From assembly GCA_963924565.1 (NCBI GenBank), contig OZ004612.1, positions 26,102,001-26,166,000 on the forward strand: a DNA stretch of 64,000 nt. Reading direction: 5' to 3'. The notes under the pieces were generated by a model that made no database searches, was not told where the DNA came from, and saw only the letters and a list, made by a program, of their open reading frames with translations. This document shows, piece by piece, positions 59,901 through 64,000 of the stretch (positions are counted from its first letter, which is position 1; each line of letters starts with the position of its first letter). Source of the stretch: Ascidiella aspersa. Its lineage: Eukaryota. Made by a program: the position numbers and the translations under genes.

Positions 59901-62900
59901 TTTTTTAACCTGTATTTGTATAAATGTGCATGATGCCTTTCGATTATATTTAAAACAAAATATGGTGCAAATGTTTTAAAACTGAGTCAGAATTTTCTCA
60001 ATAATGTTGTCTCAAGGAATTTGAAGTACTAATTTACTAATTCGGTTTGTTACATATAATTGGATGCTACCCTCTTTCATGTTTGTCTCAAAATCTTTGA
60101 ATCTTTTTAAGTCTTTAAATGTTGAAAGACCATTATGTTTTTTTCCCAAGTCTTCGAGTTTTTAATATCCAGCTTAACTCGGGTGTCTAGAAAGTGGCAG
60201 CTGTTAAAACCCTTTTTAAGTATTTGTTATCATGATACCATTTAATGTTTGGTATTATCAATATTGTTTTTAAGTTTTTGAATGTCATTAATTATTTTTG
60301 ATGAATTTGTTTGACAAATCAAACCTGAACTTTACATTAGTACCTATAGTGCGACATTCTCTTTGAATTCTGTGAAAGCAGTTAGTTCTTCATAGCAGTT
60401 ATAATAAAAAGATATAAATAACAGGGTAAAACAGTGTATAAAAATATTTTTTCTGTTTTTTAATTTAGCATGAAGAGCCAGATGGGATAACGAATTTCAA
60501 ACAAAAGAAAAGCGATGAGATTAAAAGACTGGAATTGTTTCAGGTAGGCATCTAATGGTTTCATTGCCTAGTGATGTGTGCTCGCATTTTGAAAAGGAAC
60601 CAAATAGATTTGAATCATATCAATTTAAAATTTTTGTAGCAAAATAAGTTTGTCAGTCATGGTAATAATGTGTTTTGAAAATCTTTTTGGTTTAAAGAAT
60701 ACATTTGAGTTATCGTATTTTGGGCTGTCAGAAAACACACAAAACAAACAATAGTTCTCCACTGTATGTATAGCCATATTTAAAGTTTTGATTTAAATTT
60801 TGATTACCAGATATCATATGTGCAATATATATACATAAACAAAGATATGCATGATTATATATATGATTGCTGGAAATAACTAAATATTGAATCAGTTAAG
60901 AAACAAACTATTTCTAACTGGTTTATTTAAAATATTTTACTATAAAGTACCTATACCTCATGCCTTAGGAAACTATATTGTTTCCTAATACCTGTTTTGC
61001 AGTTGCACCTTGGTCAACTAATAAACAGCATGGAAAAAAAATTCAACTGGGGTCGCCTTTAAATGCTGATTTTTTTTGTTTAATTTACGGTTAATAAAAT
61101 AAAAGGTTTGTTAGTAAAAAGGTTGGAGATCACTGCCTTAAGAAACTGTATTTTTTCATTGTACCTGTTTTGCAGTCACGTCTTGGTCGACTGATCAACA
61201 GCATGGAAGAACTGGATGAGGGCGATGAGCTCAGAAGTACACGGAGATCTCTACTCGACGAAAAGAGTCCAGATGATGGCGCCGATGAGGATTTAAGGTA
61301 TCCGGCTTTGTTGCTTATCTTAGTGCTATTCAACCTTTGCCAGTGTATCGTAATCAATAAACTTTGTATAATATACCCAGTGTTGTTGTGAATTAAGTCA
61401 CTAACTGTTATTAAATGACTTGACTTGACTTAAGTCATTTGGGCAAAATGACTTGACTTGACTTAGTCATTTAGACAAATGACTTGGATTGAAATGAAGT
61501 GTTATATATTTTTTGTATAAAATTAAGTTATTTATCATAATTTTTGCACATAAAAATTGTTTGTAATGTTTTTTTTCAGTTAAGTTATTGCTCATTTTCG
61601 AATGAGATTTAAAATTCTGATAGTTTAACGTTTATTTTTATGACAAGGCATGACTTGAAGTTAATTTGCTCTATTAATAACTTTACTGACCACTTGACTT
61701 GGGCAATTGAGGACTTGGACAGTACAAATTGTTCTTCTTTGTTGTGCCCAAGAAGTAAAAACTATTAATTAGTTGTTAGATGGTTACATCTGTCTGCGAA
61801 AACCGAACGATTTCAAATAGCTGTTCTTTCCTAAAAGCTTCGAAAAAATGTACAACATAGAGAATAAATAAATAAAAATTTTCTCTCGCAGTTGTGGCAT
61901 GCACTAATGCTGACCTAATTTGTATGACTTTTGTCAGTTGTATACCCTAGCTTCGATCTGGCATACACTTTGGTATACAGAATACCCAGTTGTATAGCAT
62001 TGGGTTATGATTCTTGGAAATCCTAAGCATTTGTTTAACGAGTAAAAGCTGTTGTTATTAGCCTATCTGTATATTTTTCTTAACCTCGTCTAAGGGCCGG
62101 AGTATGAATGCTTCGTAGCAAGAACCAGGGCTGCTAGTTGGTTAAAATAATCCTAGTATGCCTCTCGAGTCTGACTCTGGCCAGAAAAAAGAACCTTAGT
62201 CCAACTCCCGAGTCCGACAGCGGCGAAATGTGCGATTTTGTTGAGTCCTGACTCCGACTCTACAGCTTGTATTTGACCCATTTACCAAACTGAAATAAGT
62301 TTGATTTTCAGAAATTCCCTTATAGGAATGTTATATAACTCATTATGTATTTGAATTAGCAAGAAATAGTAACATATGGAGAAAATAGTGTTTCAGGCAG
62401 CCGAAGCCTGGATCAGGCATGGCACTGAATGATGATGATGATATGACTCAACCACTCACAATACATGGTAGAAAATTTTCCCACAATATGCTTTTCCCCC
62501 TTAACAATTCACAGTTTGCAGTCTTCTCTGTTTCAAAATTTGGTGAATTTGGTACTGCACGTCATACTCTGGAATCGAGTAGTTTTACGGGGTCTTACTC
62601 AAGTTCCGGAGCCGATTCCAGCAAAACAAACCGGCGAGTCCTGAGTCCGACTTCGCAGCTCTGGCAAGAACACTCACTATTGATTTACAGTTGAAGTTTT
62701 TTTATTTTAATCTAATTTTCTGTTTATTCAGTGAAGATGAAGAGGATTCGTTGGGTTACGAAGAGGATGAAGAAGACATGGAAGAAAACGACAACTTCTT
62801 TGTTGTGATCCATCCCTTCGCCAAACAGGAAGAGGGTGACATGAGTCTGAGAGTCGGAGATGTTCTAGAAGTTATTGATAAAAAGTAAAGCTATCTCTAA

Positions 62901-63648
62901 TGTTTATATGTTTTGTGTGTGTTGGTATGACACAAGCATAATCATATGTCAAAAATGATTTTATTTTTATGATCCAGAATAAAGTGGGTCGTCCCACCAA
63001 ATATCTGAATTTTTATTTTGTAAAAAAAATTTGGGGGGCGGGGGGGGAATTATGATTACATGCTACACAACGAAAAATCTATTTTAATTAGCAGCTGATA
63101 ATTTTTAATAATAATAAATACTATTTGTTGTCAATTTTTTATTTTTTTATTATGAAACATCATTATTTATTTTTAAAAAACTATGATTCGTTTGATAAAT
63201 GTTTTTTTTGTAATATTTGAAATAGCGCTGGGTACCATGCAAAATAACGTACCTCATACCACTGACAAAAACTTATTTTCGAAATCACAGTTTTAACTGA
63301 CATTTCATTCAAACATAATTTTGTCCGTAACAATTGATGTTACATAATAATTATCTTTAAAATGGTGTTACGTTGCATGCTCGGAAATAACAAGAAAATG
63401 TTTTGCAGCGAAAATGGCTGGTGGAAGGCGAGAGATGAGGACGGTTTGGAAGGTTTGGTCCCTTCCAATCACCTCAAGATTTACGAGGACGAAGAAGAAG
63501 AGGAAGAAGAAGAAGAGGATCAGGTTGAGAAGACAGATGTTCCTCCGTTGAAGACGGACACTGTAGCGAGAGTTTCGCCGGATCATCAAAACGAAGATCA
63601 GGATGAATCTGCAGCTGGCGAGTCCGAAGCCAGGAAATCCCCTCGAAG
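56962..63648 (+). CDS. NPHP1: Nephrocystin-1 (coiled coil, acidic tract, SH3, acidic tract); first 6 exons, continues beyond window
   Basis: Exons 56962-57036, 59622-59762, 60469-60543, 61176-61297, 62732-62884, 63409-63648; phases 0/0/0/2/2. MSLAPKRSDGPLGQLQKEGDVLKTK.., ITNFKQKKSDEIKRL, then an SH3 domain FVVIHPFAKQEEGDMSLRVGDVLEVIDKNENGWWKARDEDGLEGLVPSNHLKIY flanked by two E-rich tracts, as in vertebrate NPHP1. Confidence 0.88.
57548..58699. mobile_element. hAT-type non-autonomous element containing a second nested MITE (about 57894-58436)
   Basis: Outer ends cagaggttgccaac / gttgggaaacactg with exact TSD ctctagat. The inner element starts caggggtcgccaat and is flanked by atttaaag on both sides. 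Confidence 0.82.
59030..59243. repeat. Tandem duplication of about 107 bp in NPHP1 intron 1
   Basis: tgatttatctgattctctaaattgcacacctaaaatcattgtgccgtgttggcataaaacaccccaggttgtgcataaaa is present twice, identically. Confidence 0.9.
61378..61720. mobile_element. Truncated GACTT-family MITE in an NPHP1 intron
   Basis: cagtgttgttgtgaattaagtcac ... gacttgacttgacttaagtc ... gacttgggcaattgaggacttggac. Confidence 0.72.
62126..62663. mobile_element. Degenerate GAGTCG-repeat MITE (reverse orientation)
   Basis: cagggctgctagttggttaaaa ... gagtccgacttcgcagctctg; approximate TSD gcaagaac on both sides. Confidence 0.78.
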
Positions 63649-64000
63649 GTGAACTTTTTTTTCTAAAAAAGGGCGATCTTTTGTGGAATTTGAAACCAAT
63701 GGCAGAAGGTTTCTGCTTGTCGATCATGGTTTGGCAGACGCGTATATAAACAATAAAACTTAAAAAGACTTCATTAAACACTATTTTATGACGTCATTCC
63801 CGTCACTATTTAAAGACGTCAGTATTCATTAACGTCGGACGGAAAAAAAGGGACCTTTTTTAGGATTTATGGATACCCTCCTGTATTACTGAAATGTGTT
63901 CCATGCTGAAAAAATATGCCATGGGCGGACAAGAAAAAAAATATGTGTGCCTTTGGAAGACAGAAAACATAGACATGTCCTGAGCAGATAAAAACAGTTG

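Overview
AT-rich, intron-containing animal genomic DNA dense in MITEs. It is most likely an ascidian (tunicate); this is inferred from gene families, not proven. Five genes lie on the minus strand. (1) An uninterrupted signal-peptide plus tandem LDL-receptor class A (LDLa) repeat ORF runs off the left edge and is probably a tunicate LDLa-GPCR. (2) An intronless insect-type AANAT-like GNAT acetyltransferase. (3) A 4-exon Sulfotransfer_4-type P-loop protein. (4) A split gene for a vitamin K-dependent propeptide-Gla-aromatic stack-EGF-EGF protein, whose Gla reading frame is missing from the ORF track. It has the exon layout of vertebrate coagulation factors, but no protease domain is visible. (5) A 7-coding-exon Six4/5 homeobox gene. 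On the plus strand, divergent from Six4/5, are the first six exons of nephrocystin-1 (NPHP1). Non-genic content includes many hAT-type MITEs with 8-bp TSDs (several nested), hAT transposase and integrase-core relics, gene-fragment duplications, a hairpin element with variable TSDs, and a minimal Penelope-type hammerhead ribozyme in a Six4/5 intron. All exon boundaries were read by hand from GT-AG signals and reading-frame phase.
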